Source: a bacterium (GTDB lineage: Bacteria > Zixibacteria > MSB-5A5 > GN15 > FEB-12). From it: DNA of 64,000 bases. The stretch covers positions 182-64,181 of the forward strand of contig JAUWMW010000001.1 of assembly GCA_030612965.1 (NCBI GenBank), given 5' to 3'. Shown one piece after another: positions 35,234-44,850 of this stretch. Under the pieces are notes generated by a model. That model saw only the letters and a list, made by a program, of their open reading frames with translations, did no database searches and was not told the DNA's origin. Position 1 is the stretch's first letter. The number at the start of each line of letters is the position of its first letter. Both the position numbers and the translations under genes were made by a program.

Positions 35234-36621
35234 TGGGGTTCAGTGATTCCATCGGCCAAGTCATACAAGGTGATTGCCTCCAAGTCATGCGAACCATGCC
35301 GGATGAATGCATCGATACGATCATCACCGACCCACCTTATGGTCTGAAGTTCATGGGCAAAGAGTGGGATCATGGCGTTCCGGGTGTACCGTTTTGGTCT
35401 GAAGCATTGCGAGTCGCCAAGCCGGGCACGATGCTTCTGGCGTTCGGAGGCACGAGGACTCACCACCGCCTGATGGTGGCTATCGAAGATGCTGGCTGGG
35501 AGATTCGGGACTGCATGATGTGGCTATATGGATCTGGGTTTCCGAAGTCGCTGGATATTTCAAAGGCTATCGACAAGAAGGCGGGTGCGAAGCGGGAGGT
35601 AATAAAGGAGCATCCTAATCCGGCCACGACCCTCGGCAATAAACAAACGATGGATGGCGGAGAAGCGCAAGACTTTGTTTCGCTGACCGCTCCCTCTACC
35701 GACGCCGCCAAAGAATGGGACGGCTACGGCACTGGTCTCAAGCCCGCATGGGAGCCGATCATCGTTGCTATGAAATCGCTGGACGGCACGTTTGCAGCTA
35801 ACGCCTTAGAACACGGCGTGGCTGGGTTCAACATAGACGGAGGGCGGATAGCGACAGGAGAGTCGTTGGCTGGTGGCGGGCCTGTGCGCCGATCTGCAAT
35901 GGCGGGCGACTCTCGAACGGGTGCAGCATTAGGTCTGTTTGCCCCGGGGAAAGAAAGACAACCATTCCAACAACCTCAAGGCCGTTGGCCCGCGAACCTT
36001 GTGCTATCGCATACGCCGGAGTGCCGGGAAGTCGGGACGAAAAAGGTTAAAGGTTCATCGTCACAGTCCTCAATCGGACAAGGCAGTGGCAAAAAGTCAA
36101 AGGTATATGGACAGGCACCAAGTATTGTGACCACGGCTTATTCGAGTCCTGACGGCACGGAGACCGTCGCCGCTTGGGAGTGCTCAGAAGATTGTCCGGT
36201 GCGGTTGCTGGATGAACAGAGCGGAGAACGTAAGGCGGCCCCTCATGGGCCTAACATCAAAGCCAAGGGTTTGTTTGGCGTGGAGCCGGGACATCGCGGA
36301 TTCTCCGATACTGGCGGCGCGTCTCGCTTCTTCTATTGCGCCAAAGCGTCCTCGTCTGAACGCAATGCCGGTCTGCCCGAAGGTCACAAGAACACACACC
36401 CGACAGTCAAGCCGCTGAAGCTGATGGAGTGTCTCTGTAAGCTAACAGCAACACCGACTGGCGGGATCGTCCTCGACCCTTTCGCTGGTAGTGGTTCAAC
36501 TTTGTTGGCCGCTCAGAATGTTGGGCGACCGTTCATCGGGATAGAATTGGACGAAGAACATTGTGAAACCGCCAGATATCGTTTAGGCGGCACCCTCTTT
36601 TCAAAGGCGGCGACAGCATGA
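35233..36621 (+). CDS. DNA methyltransferase, N6-adenine type (DPPY), beta-class
   Basis: Motif IV is IITDPPYGL. C-terminus reads HPTVKPLKLMECL...VLDPFAGSGST...GIELDEE. Confidence 0.9.
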   Translation: MGFSDSIGQVIQGDCLQVMRTMPDECIDTIITDPPYGLKFMGKEWDHGVPGVPFWSEALRVAKPGTMLLAFGGTRTHHRLMVAIEDAGWEIRDCMMWLYGSGFPKSLDISKAIDKKAGAKREVIKEHPNPATTLGNKQTMDGGEAQDFVSLTAPSTDAAKEWDGYGTGLKPAWEPIIVAMKSLDGTFAANALEHGVAGFNIDGGRIATGESLAGGGPVRRSAMAGDSRTGAALGLFAPGKERQPFQQPQGRWPANLVLSHTPECREVGTKKVKGSSSQSSIGQGSGKKSKVYGQAPSIVTTAYSSPDGTETVAAWECSEDCPVRLLDEQSGERKAAPHGPNIKAKGLFGVEPGHRGFSDTGGASRFFYCAKASSSERNAGLPEGHKNTHPTVKPLKLMECLCKLTATPTGGIVLDPFAGSGSTLLAAQNVGRPFIGIELDEEHCETARYRLGGTLFSKAATA

Positions 36622-36642
36622 CAACCGGACAGGAGTTATAAT

Positions 36643-37185
36643 ATGGCGACAGCGGCTTTTACCGCGTACAAGTGCACCGGCGCCAACGCGGCCACCGAGA
36701 CCGACAGCGTCAAGAATCCATGCTTCTTGAATAGCGATGAGCACAGTACAGATACCGGCGCCCACAGGGTAGGTGTGCCCGACGCGGCATCCAGCCCCAA
36801 CCAAAGCTATGAGGTCTATCTGCGGCTGAAGTGCATCACGGCCCCAAACAACGACTGTGACAACTTCAAATACTGGGGACCATCAGAGCAGCCGGACTAT
36901 ATGGACACGCCGGGTAACAAACTGACTATCATGGTTGCCACGACGGCCACGGGAGCAACACCGACCGACAACGTCTCCACTGTGGCCACCACCGTTCAGC
37001 ACACGAATTACAACGGGCCTGACCCGGGCAGCCATTTGGCTATTGGTGTCGTCCCAGGTGACGACGTTATCGATGCTGTTGGTGAGTACACCGATTATAT
37101 CGTGTGTCAGTTGAAGGTCGAGGACGAGGCGCAGCGCGGCGAGATGGCCACGTTGCCTTTTTACATCGAGTATGATGAGGCTTAG
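36643..37185 (+). CDS. Hypothetical protein
   Basis: 180-aa ORF with GGAG upstream. Confidence 0.55.
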   Translation: MATAAFTAYKCTGANAATETDSVKNPCFLNSDEHSTDTGAHRVGVPDAASSPNQSYEVYLRLKCITAPNNDCDNFKYWGPSEQPDYMDTPGNKLTIMVATTATGATPTDNVSTVATTVQHTNYNGPDPGSHLAIGVVPGDDVIDAVGEYTDYIVCQLKVEDEAQRGEMATLPFYIEYDEA

Positions 37186-37188
37186 AAC

Positions 37189-37536
37189 ATGACCGATTCG
37201 TGGGCCAAGATATACCAGTACGAACTGACCTTTGCCGATGGGCGGGTTGTTCGGCAGGCGGATGAGGATATCAAGATGGTGGACTTCGTCCGCAAGTACG
37301 GTCGCATGGTCAAGATAACTCTCGTGCCACAACAATCTGAGCTGGCGGAGCACTATGCTCTCATCCCGGAAGGAATGGATCCCGTCTACCGACGCCGCAT
37401 CCTATTGAAAAACGGCACGCAACTTGAACGCCTCCGCTTTGTCATTGGATGGTCTACCGGCAAGGCTCGCAATCTCATTGCTGTCGATGCCGCTACCGGT
37501 GCGGTTGAATTGTTATTGCCGGAGGCTGGCAAATAG
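37189..37536 (+). CDS. Hypothetical protein
   Basis: 115-aa ORF. Confidence 0.55.
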   Translation: MTDSWAKIYQYELTFADGRVVRQADEDIKMVDFVRKYGRMVKITLVPQQSELAEHYALIPEGMDPVYRRRILLKNGTQLERLRFVIGWSTGKARNLIAVDAATGAVELLLPEAGK

Positions 37537-37597
37537 ATGGCAACGATCACTCGCAGACCTACGGGTAACACCTTACTGATGGAGCCGGAAAACTACA

Positions 37598-38080
37598 ATG
37601 GACAGTAAGATCATGGTGGAAGAGCGAGAGTATAAAGACTTAGTCGAATATAGACCCCAGCAAGAGGGGAATATCATATTAGAGAAAGTTCTGCACAAGG
37701 GCGGTGATCTCTTTCAGTTTACAAGAGCAGAGAGAATCAGGATCAAGGACGATACGTATTTTTGGGAGCTTGTGGAAATGATTGACGGGGAGAGGTCTGC
37801 GGTAATGAACGATCATCCGGTGATGCGGGAAAGCTACCGTAAGGCGTTTGACGATTTCAGCGGGGACATTCTGGTCGGCGGGCTGGGGATCGGTCTGATG
37901 TTTTCCTACATTAAGGAGTTCTCCTGTATTGACGTAGTAGAAAAGGACGCTCGAATAATCAAGATCGTCGGACCTTACTTCGCCGGACTGAAGGGGGTCA
38001 ACATAATCGAGGGTGATATTATGACGATCGACGAACGGTTCACGCCCCACGCTGACATTGTTAGGCACTGGGAGTATTGA
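37598..38080 (+). CDS. Small class-I SAM-methyltransferase-fold protein (spermidine-synthase-like, apparently truncated)
   Basis: ILVGGLGIGLM is a motif I-like GxGxG, and IDVVEKD carries the motif II acidic residue. Only 160 aa. Its stop overlaps the start of the 2120-aa gene. Confidence 0.45.
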   Translation: MDSKIMVEEREYKDLVEYRPQQEGNIILEKVLHKGGDLFQFTRAERIRIKDDTYFWELVEMIDGERSAVMNDHPVMRESYRKAFDDFSGDILVGGLGIGLMFSYIKEFSCIDVVEKDARIIKIVGPYFAGLKGVNIIEGDIMTIDERFTPHADIVRHWEY

Positions 38081-41000
38081 TGGCTACCGCTATATTAAGA
38101 CCGGACGGGGATGGTTATTTAACAGAGTGGCTAAATCCATCTGGGGGCAACCATTATCTTCAAGTCGATGAAGCATCTCCTGATGATGCAGTTACAGTTA
38201 TAGCTCATCCGGCTGTTGCCAATGTTACTCCGTTTTTAAGATTAAGCAGCACGAATGGACTGGGAACATTAACAGCATTAGTTAATAATACCTGGACAAC
38301 ACATAGTGAAGTGATAGCAAAGCCTGGCGGAGGTTCTTGGACCTATACTGATTTGGCATCACTTGAGGTGGGGATCATCGGTGATGCGACTGTCGATGTG
38401 TATGACAGTTTCACGCTAAGCGCCTGGGGCGAGGGTGATGTAACAATCAATTCGGTTACCGTTTATTTCAGGGGGATGAAAACACTCGGTAAGCTTGCCG
38501 AAGGTTATATTACACAGATTTATGTTCAGGTGGATTATTCGGCGGCGGCCACCGATGAAGCTCCGACCTCCCTGGAATGTGATCGGCAAACGAACCCGAC
38601 CGGCGTTGGCGACACGCCCATTTTCACCGCACTCTACCAAGCAGAGGGCGACAGCGGCACCGCAGACCGGTACAAAATCGAGGTGGATGACAACAGTGAC
38701 TTCGCCTCGCCCAAGTGGCAGAGCGGGGAGCAGACTTTGTCACCGACCTGCACAGATGGGCAGCGTTGCACCGAGATTGCCTATGGTGGCACTTCCTTAC
38801 AGTCGGACGTGACCTACTATTGGCGGATCCAGCTTTATCAAAGCGGTCGCACCCCCACCTGGTCGACCGGGACCAACACGTTCGCGGGCGTCAATCGGGA
38901 TTGGGAAGACGCGGAATATCCCGTTCGGCGTAAGTTGACCGTGAACGCAGACCATGACGGGATAGCATCGGGAGAATTGTTGTCCTTTGATTTCGAGACC
39001 GGCAAGCGAATCATTCTGGCGTCTGACGGTTGTTTTGACGAAGCTATTCAGGCGAGCGGCGGATTCTCTATCGCTCGCCATGCCGGGCGCACACATATCG
39101 CATATCTTTCCAAGCTGGAATCTGTGGATGCGAAACTGGGCATTCGGATCGTGACGCTCAATGCGATCACCGGAGAGCAGGGAACATCCCATTATATCGA
39201 CACTTCCGGGAGCACGTATGACACCCACTTCTTTCCAACCTTAGATGTGACGCCGGATGGATACCTGCATTGCTTCTACGGTGCGCATGGTGGCTCTTAC
39301 AGATATCGACGCAGCAAATATCCCAATGAGAGCGGATCGCTCTCGACCGACCATACCGACGCCGCGATGTGGGTTCGTGCCGACACCGGGGCGGACGCCT
39401 ATATGACGATTAGTGGTTTCACCGGAACCTATGCTATCCCGTTCCACATTGCCAGCGGCAATGATGCGGGACGTCTTTATTGTTTCTGTCGGTCAGGGAC
39501 GTCGTACAGATACATCTTCGTGTATTCGGACAATTCTGGCGTGAGCTGGAGTGCCGTGCACACCATGATTGATGATACCAGCGCAAGCCACTATCGAGTT
39601 TATATGTACGGCGTGCGGTTCGACCGCAAAGAACAGCGATTGCATATTTCGTGGACTCACAACCACGCCGGTGATGTCGAGAAAGGTATTTGGTACGCCT
39701 ACTGCGACTATGACGAAACCGATGGCTCAAGTCTTGACGTCGGCTTGAACATCTGGCGTTGGGCCGATGGTACTCTTGCCGGTCGCACAAAGACAACGGG
39801 CGCGCAGGCGCCGATAGATTATACTCTCGCGGAGGCTATCACCACCTCGGCCAGCGAGTTATCAAAGGTCTTTACCGAGACGCTTGTGATCGACAAGAAC
39901 GGTGATCCGGTTGTGTTCTGGGAACAGAAGTTCAATCAGGGAACGAATCTGTGGGCGCACCAGACGAACCTGATGTGTGCGCGGTGGTCGGGATCCGCTT
40001 GGGTCATCTACTGCATCAGCGACCAGGTCAATACCAAGTTGCGGGTGCGCAGGTCGAGCGTTGCCATTGGACTGGATAAGGACGGGGTGATCCATGCTAT
40101 TATGCCGGTGGCTTCAAAAACACAATGGCGACAACTGGCTACTGGTGATGATGATGATGTTGGTGTCACGCTCGCGAGCGGCACGGACAACTATGCCATG
40201 ATTGACGATGGCTTCAGTCGGATCGATCAGGCGACCTGGCTCAAGATGTCGGCGGTGGGTAGCAAGGCCAGCTTCACGCACGGCACCAGTAACGCGGATG
40301 ATATCAATAAGATATTCAGCGTCGAGGTTGTTGCCTTCGCTAAGTCGACCGGCAGCGCGTCGAGCATAAAGCTCTACCTTGACGACGGCACATCATCTGA
40401 CCTTGCAACAGCTCAGACGATTTCGACTTCGGCGATAACCCGATACACGAAAGAATGGACAACGAACCCCTTCACGGCTGCGGCTTGGGCCTCTGGTGAT
40501 ATTGCCGGATTGCGGTTCGGCGTACAGTGCGAAAGCACCAACGAAGTGCAGATTTGGAGCGTCTTTATGCGCTTCACGTTCATGCGTTCGACTGATGAGA
40601 ATCTGGGTGCGGCCGAACTGCACGAATTGACATCCAGCGATAACGGAGTTACCTGGCAGATACAGGAGCGCAGCCGTAATAGCATGATCGGGGTGCCGAT
40701 GATGAACCATCCTCATCATCTTACCGGCGATGTTTTTCAAGCGATCTGGACCTCCGGGCACGACGTTTTCTACTACAGCAACGAACGCTTCGGTCTGATG
40801 TTGCCGACCGGTCTTGACGTTCGCATTCTGCATGGGGCGACGGAGATCGATAGGGTTGCAACATATTGGAATCTCAATAAGTCTCGGATATCTTTCAAAG
40901 CACAAGAGGCTATCACCGCAGGCAAAATAGCCGGCGCCTCCGACTATTACCTGGAATATGGCAATCGCAACGCTGATAACGATGTGCAGGGTGCACCTGC

Positions 41001-44000
41001 GGATGTCTGGCAGGGTTTCTGGAACTTCGAGGAAATGGCAGAGGGGGATAGTATTGGGACTCATGCCGACTGGACGCTCGTATCGGGCACGGCTTCCGTC
41101 TATTCATCATTGACCAATCATCGCAACAAAGTTTATGCTGGCAATCATGCTATAAAATCCCTCACGCATGCATTCGAGGCTTACACGATCATTGGCGTCA
41201 ACGTAGCTGATGTCTTCATCGAGGCCGGTATCTGGTTGCAAGCGTCCCTGAACTACAGCTATATCGCGGCGCGGGACGGCACAACGGAGTTTAGGGTTGG
41301 CGTCAATCAAGGAACGAACCGCCCGGCTTATTACGATGGATCCTGGCACGATGTGACGACGGCGGGCTATGCCGACCGGGCCAATATGAACAACTTCGCT
41401 ATTCTTGTAACGTCAAAAGGTTGTTCTGCCTGGGTGAATGGCACAAGGATATGCGAAGAAGTCTCTTGTATTACAGTTGTCGATCAGATCAGGATCGGCA
41501 GCGCCGGCGAATCCTACTTTGACCTGATCCGGTGGAGCAAGCGACCATATGCCACTGAGGATTATACCACCACGACGGGATTCGATAAGGCGATGGGTGT
41601 TTACAGCAGTAATCATACGGCAACGAAAGAAACAGCGGACTCTTATCATAATATCCCTTCAACGCCCTGGCAAAAGTCTCGGATCACGCGGGTCGATGTT
41701 ACTGTCGACGTGCGGAACACGCAGACTTTTGAAAACGATTTTACGATCGATACCCATTGCTGGATCGGTGGCACCTCGCCCTATGACAGCAGCGATACCG
41801 TAGACGATGGGACTCATGTGCACACCGGAATCAATTCCGGGAGCGCATGGCAGGGTTCTCATACCTATTCCTTTACCGATTTGGATCTTGGTCCGAAGTC
41901 AGTCAAGGTTGATTGCTATGCCTGCTCGGTAACAGACGAACCAACCAAGACGGACGTTCGGATAACGCAGATCAAGATATGGACGGAAGACCGTGATCCG
42001 ATCATCGTCATAGGAGACGAGGAGTGGCGCGGGTTCCGTATGGATGCTACGCTGCAAGGCTCCGGCCAGATTCAGTTTTTCATGGATGCCAACATCAACG
42101 CGGCCTACAGGCGCAACCCCTTACCGGTACGGATGGCACATACCGGAGGGGTGGAGATGCGTCACGCTACTATGATTGAAAGCCTCGCACAGATTACGCC
42201 GAATGGCCGAGTGGTGATAGAAGCGGGTCGGCTCTTGGACACACACGCTCAGTGTATACTTGAGGGTCTTCGCGGTCTGGTCGACCGTGTGGTTGCTCCC
42301 CTTGAGTACGCAGGTCAACCTGCCGCCATCATGCAGACGGCCATCGGCCATGTGGCAGGCCTGTCTACGGTAGGACAGGTCTGTCTCGACTACGGAGGAT
42401 TGATCAATACGAATGTGCTCACGGCCCTGGAATACAACACATCGATCGACGCCGACGGTCAGTTCATTATCGACTACGCCGGACAAGCGGCGGTGCAAGG
42501 TGCTGTGGTCATTGAATCGTTGCATCGGATAGATACCGAGCTGGCCGTCCCGGCCGAGTTCCTTAGTAGCATGATTACCCACGGGCAGGGTCTTGTCGAG
42601 TTCGGTAAAGGGTTGGCCGGGCAGCAACAAGTCTGCCTGGCTTATGTCGGCTCGTTCTCTGCCGCTGGCGTTTTTGTCATTGATCACCTGGCCATGCTGA
42701 AGTTGCGCCGTCTTGCAAACATAGAACACGGGCTAAGAACGCAAGTCAGGGGATTGGTGCCTTTCGGTCATGGTCAGGGTTTAGATGGTCGTGCTATCTT
42801 GCCGATCGCTTTCCTGGGATCGGCTCAGATGGTCTCGCAGGCACTCGTTGAATGGTCCAAGATTGCACAGCCGATGACGCCGCAGATTGTTTTTGATAGC
42901 GGCAGAGCCATCGCATCTCATGGTCAGCTCGCCATTGAGAACCTGGGTGCGTTACTCACCGACGTGATCACACCGGTCGAATGGCAGGGTGGCGTAGCTG
43001 TGAGCGCCGAAGGCCTTTTCCCTGTCGAATGGGGTGGTGGCGTCTCTATCACCGCCCCAGCCATGATTGAGTCACGCGGTGGATTCTCAGACGACATTGT
43101 TTTACGCCTGGAGTTCGTTGGTGCTTTCAAGACGGATCAGAAACTCGTGTGGTCGAACCTGGCGCTGCTCGAAGCTCCACAAGCGGCGCTGATCGAAGCC
43201 GGTGAGGGTGTTGCCGTTAAGGCATCGACGTTGTTAGAGTGGGGCCGGGGCTTACAGTCTCAGGGTAAAGCAGCGATAAATTGGATGACTGCCATGCAGA
43301 TCGTGCAGCAGCTCATCGCCGGGTGGTCTGCATGGACGACAACACAGGCCAGGGCGGGCATTGAATGGACGGGCACGATGGTCCCGCTGGAACTGCGGAC
43401 CGCCTTTGAGTACGGCGAGGGAGGCACGATGCAGCTTCAAACGCCTACCGAATGGCTCACAGGACGCAAGACGGTCCAACAGACGGTTATTGAATTCACC
43501 GGCGGCCAGGTTGTGACCGTGCCTGGGGCGTTCCCGATCGAGTGGACACTCAAAGTTGACACGTCCGGCGTGGTTCATTTTGACTACGGACAACGATCCT
43601 TGATCAATGCCATCACTCCGATCGACATCATGTCCGGACTATCTACTTCTGGTAAGATACCTATCGCCGTCGACCAGCTCGCCAAGGTGATCCACCAAGT
43701 CAGTATTGAATACCTTGCTCGCCTGGAACGGATCGGTCAGGTCAATTTTGATTACGGACGTCTCGCTCAGGGTGAGATTCAAGCATCCTTGGAGTATGGT
43801 GTAAAGTTGCTCACCGATGGCATCATGCCGATGGAATGGCTTGGCGCTACGGTCATGACTACCTTTGGCCAGCTCCCTATAAGTTGGCGCTCATCTCTGG
43901 TTGCAAATCAGCGGGCCGGCATCGAATACGTGAAAGGCTTGGAGATCATACACGGCCAGGTTCTTATCGACTGGGGAGCGTCGACCTCTGCTATCGTAGG

Positions 44001-44442
44001 CCAAGTCTCGATAGAGTGGGGCCAAGGTACGCGGGTCATTGCGCAATATCTGGCTGATTGGCTCGGCACCGTCGGCGCCTACGGACGCATCTCTTTTGAA
44101 AACCGTGGCTACATGACACCGATGATCATGGTCGCGGACATCGAATGGGGTAAAGGTCTTACGACGCGCACACAGATACCGATCGAGTATGGCTTTAGCC
44201 TGGTGGCCAGCGGTCAGCTTCCGATCGATTGGCTCGGCTTCGCCATCACTATGTTCACGGTTGCGTGGGCCGAGGCACGCATCCCCGGTATCGTCGGTGC
44301 GGCCGCACAGTTACCCGGCGTGCGTGAAGCGATGGCTAAACTATCCGAGGCGGAAAGCGCAACGGCCCGGACGGCCGCCGCCGCCAACGCCCTCGCAAAG
44401 ATCATTGACGCTATGGACTCTGAAAACTTAGGAGGTGTATAA
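38080..44442 (+). CDS. Giant (2120-aa) multidomain virion-associated carbohydrate-binding/adhesin-like protein
   Basis: Asp-box motifs SDNSGVSW (39526-39549) and SSDNGVTW (40633-40656). GH78-N/FN3-like module (...YGGTSLQSDVTYYWR). LamG-like region. About 49 x 14-aa repeats. Ala-rich C-terminal helix. Confidence 0.8.
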   Translation: MATAILRPDGDGYLTEWLNPSGGNHYLQVDEASPDDAVTVIAHPAVANVTPFLRLSSTNGLGTLTALVNNTWTTHSEVIAKPGGGSWTYTDLASLEVGIIGDATVDVYDSFTLSAWGEGDVTINSVTVYFRGMKTLGKLAEGYITQIYVQVDYSAAATDEAPTSLECDRQTNPTGVGDTPIFTALYQAEGDSGTADRYKIEVDDNSDFASPKWQSGEQTLSPTCTDGQRCTEIAYGGTSLQSDVTYYWRIQLYQSGRTPTWSTGTNTFAGVNRDWEDAEYPVRRKLTVNADHDGIASGELLSFDFETGKRIILASDGCFDEAIQASGGFSIARHAGRTHIAYLSKLESVDAKLGIRIVTLNAITGEQGTSHYIDTSGSTYDTHFFPTLDVTPDGYLHCFYGAHGGSYRYRRSKYPNESGSLSTDHTDAAMWVRADTGADAYMTISGFTGTYAIPFHIASGNDAGRLYCFCRSGTSYRYIFVYSDNSGVSWSAVHTMIDDTSASHYRVYMYGVRFDRKEQRLHISWTHNHAGDVEKGIWYAYCDYDETDGSSLDVGLNIWRWADGTLAGRTKTTGAQAPIDYTLAEAITTSASELSKVFTETLVIDKNGDPVVFWEQKFNQGTNLWAHQTNLMCARWSGSAWVIYCISDQVNTKLRVRRSSVAIGLDKDGVIHAIMPVASKTQWRQLATGDDDDVGVTLASGTDNYAMIDDGFSRIDQATWLKMSAVGSKASFTHGTSNADDINKIFSVEVVAFAKSTGSASSIKLYLDDGTSSDLATAQTISTSAITRYTKEWTTNPFTAAAWASGDIAGLRFGVQCESTNEVQIWSVFMRFTFMRSTDENLGAAELHELTSSDNGVTWQIQERSRNSMIGVPMMNHPHHLTGDVFQAIWTSGHDVFYYSNERFGLMLPTGLDVRILHGATEIDRVATYWNLNKSRISFKAQEAITAGKIAGASDYYLEYGNRNADNDVQGAPADVWQGFWNFEEMAEGDSIGTHADWTLVSGTASVYSSLTNHRNKVYAGNHAIKSLTHAFEAYTIIGVNVADVFIEAGIWLQASLNYSYIAARDGTTEFRVGVNQGTNRPAYYDGSWHDVTTAGYADRANMNNFAILVTSKGCSAWVNGTRICEEVSCITVVDQIRIGSAGESYFDLIRWSKRPYATEDYTTTTGFDKAMGVYSSNHTATKETADSYHNIPSTPWQKSRITRVDVTVDVRNTQTFENDFTIDTHCWIGGTSPYDSSDTVDDGTHVHTGINSGSAWQGSHTYSFTDLDLGPKSVKVDCYACSVTDEPTKTDVRITQIKIWTEDRDPIIVIGDEEWRGFRMDATLQGSGQIQFFMDANINAAYRRNPLPVRMAHTGGVEMRHATMIESLAQITPNGRVVIEAGRLLDTHAQCILEGLRGLVDRVVAPLEYAGQPAAIMQTAIGHVAGLSTVGQVCLDYGGLINTNVLTALEYNTSIDADGQFIIDYAGQAAVQGAVVIESLHRIDTELAVPAEFLSSMITHGQGLVEFGKGLAGQQQVCLAYVGSFSAAGVFVIDHLAMLKLRRLANIEHGLRTQVRGLVPFGHGQGLDGRAILPIAFLGSAQMVSQALVEWSKIAQPMTPQIVFDSGRAIASHGQLAIENLGALLTDVITPVEWQGGVAVSAEGLFPVEWGGGVSITAPAMIESRGGFSDDIVLRLEFVGAFKTDQKLVWSNLALLEAPQAALIEAGEGVAVKASTLLEWGRGLQSQGKAAINWMTAMQIVQQLIAGWSAWTTTQARAGIEWTGTMVPLELRTAFEYGEGGTMQLQTPTEWLTGRKTVQQTVIEFTGGQVVTVPGAFPIEWTLKVDTSGVVHFDYGQRSLINAITPIDIMSGLSTSGKIPIAVDQLAKVIHQVSIEYLARLERIGQVNFDYGRLAQGEIQASLEYGVKLLTDGIMPMEWLGATVMTTFGQLPISWRSSLVANQRAGIEYVKGLEIIHGQVLIDWGASTSAIVGQVSIEWGQGTRVIAQYLADWLGTVGAYGRISFENRGYMTPMIMVADIEWGKGLTTRTQIPIEYGFSLVASGQLPIDWLGFAITMFTVAWAEARIPGIVGAAAQLPGVREAMAKLSEAESATARTAAAANALAKIIDAMDSENLGGV
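42172..44256 (+). repeat. ~49 consecutive degenerate 14-residue repeats, consensus [LIV]-[ED]-[WYF]-x-G-x8-[hydrophobic]
   Basis: Example run: IEWGQGTRVIAQY / LADWLGTVGAYGRIS / FENRGYMTPMIMVAD / IEWGKGLTTRTQIP / IEYGFSLVASGQLP / IDWLGF... Spans 695 aa, an average unit of 14.2 aa. Confidence 0.85.
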
Positions 44443-44838
44443 ATGCCGATTCCGATTGAAGTCTCAGGCGACGTACCCCAGGGCAATTCCTGCCTACTAC
44501 ACTTTGAGATCAAAGACTATGATGGCACGACGGCCGTGAGTGTGGCCAACATTGTTACGGCGACCATGACTCTCTACAACCACGACACCGGGCTGGTCAT
44601 TAACGCTCGCGAGGACGTTGACGTTAAGTCCTCGATCGACACCAACGGCATCTTCAGTCATCTCTTGACGGGCGACGACAACCAGATTATCGCAGTCGGT
44701 GAAAGGATGCCGCATGAAAAGCATGTCGCCGTCGTGACGTTCACCGCGACAGGACCGACGGAGAATATCGAATTCAAAAGAGAATTTTGGATTAAAGTGA
44801 TCAACCAACAACACGTCACGAATTACGTGGCACCGTAA
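44443..44838 (+). CDS. Hypothetical protein (beta-sandwich-like)
   Basis: 131 aa. Starts at the nucleotide immediately after the giant gene's stop codon. Confidence 0.6.
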   Translation: MPIPIEVSGDVPQGNSCLLHFEIKDYDGTTAVSVANIVTATMTLYNHDTGLVINAREDVDVKSSIDTNGIFSHLLTGDDNQIIAVGERMPHEKHVAVVTFTATGPTENIEFKREFWIKVINQQHVTNYVAP

Positions 44839-44850
44839 AGGAGGACAACC

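Noticed and set aside
37537-37608. 23-codon ORF (MATITRRPTGNTLLMEPENYNGQ) filling the gap before the methyltransferase-fold gene
   Set aside because: It is too short to judge without conservation data and has no clear RBS. It may simply be an intergenic spacer.
40393-42729. Several 200+ aa minus-strand ORFs inside the giant gene (40393-41064, 42121-42729)
   Set aside because: They are antisense to a gene whose + frame carries multiple recognisable domains, and their translations look like random Arg/His/Cys-rich sequence.
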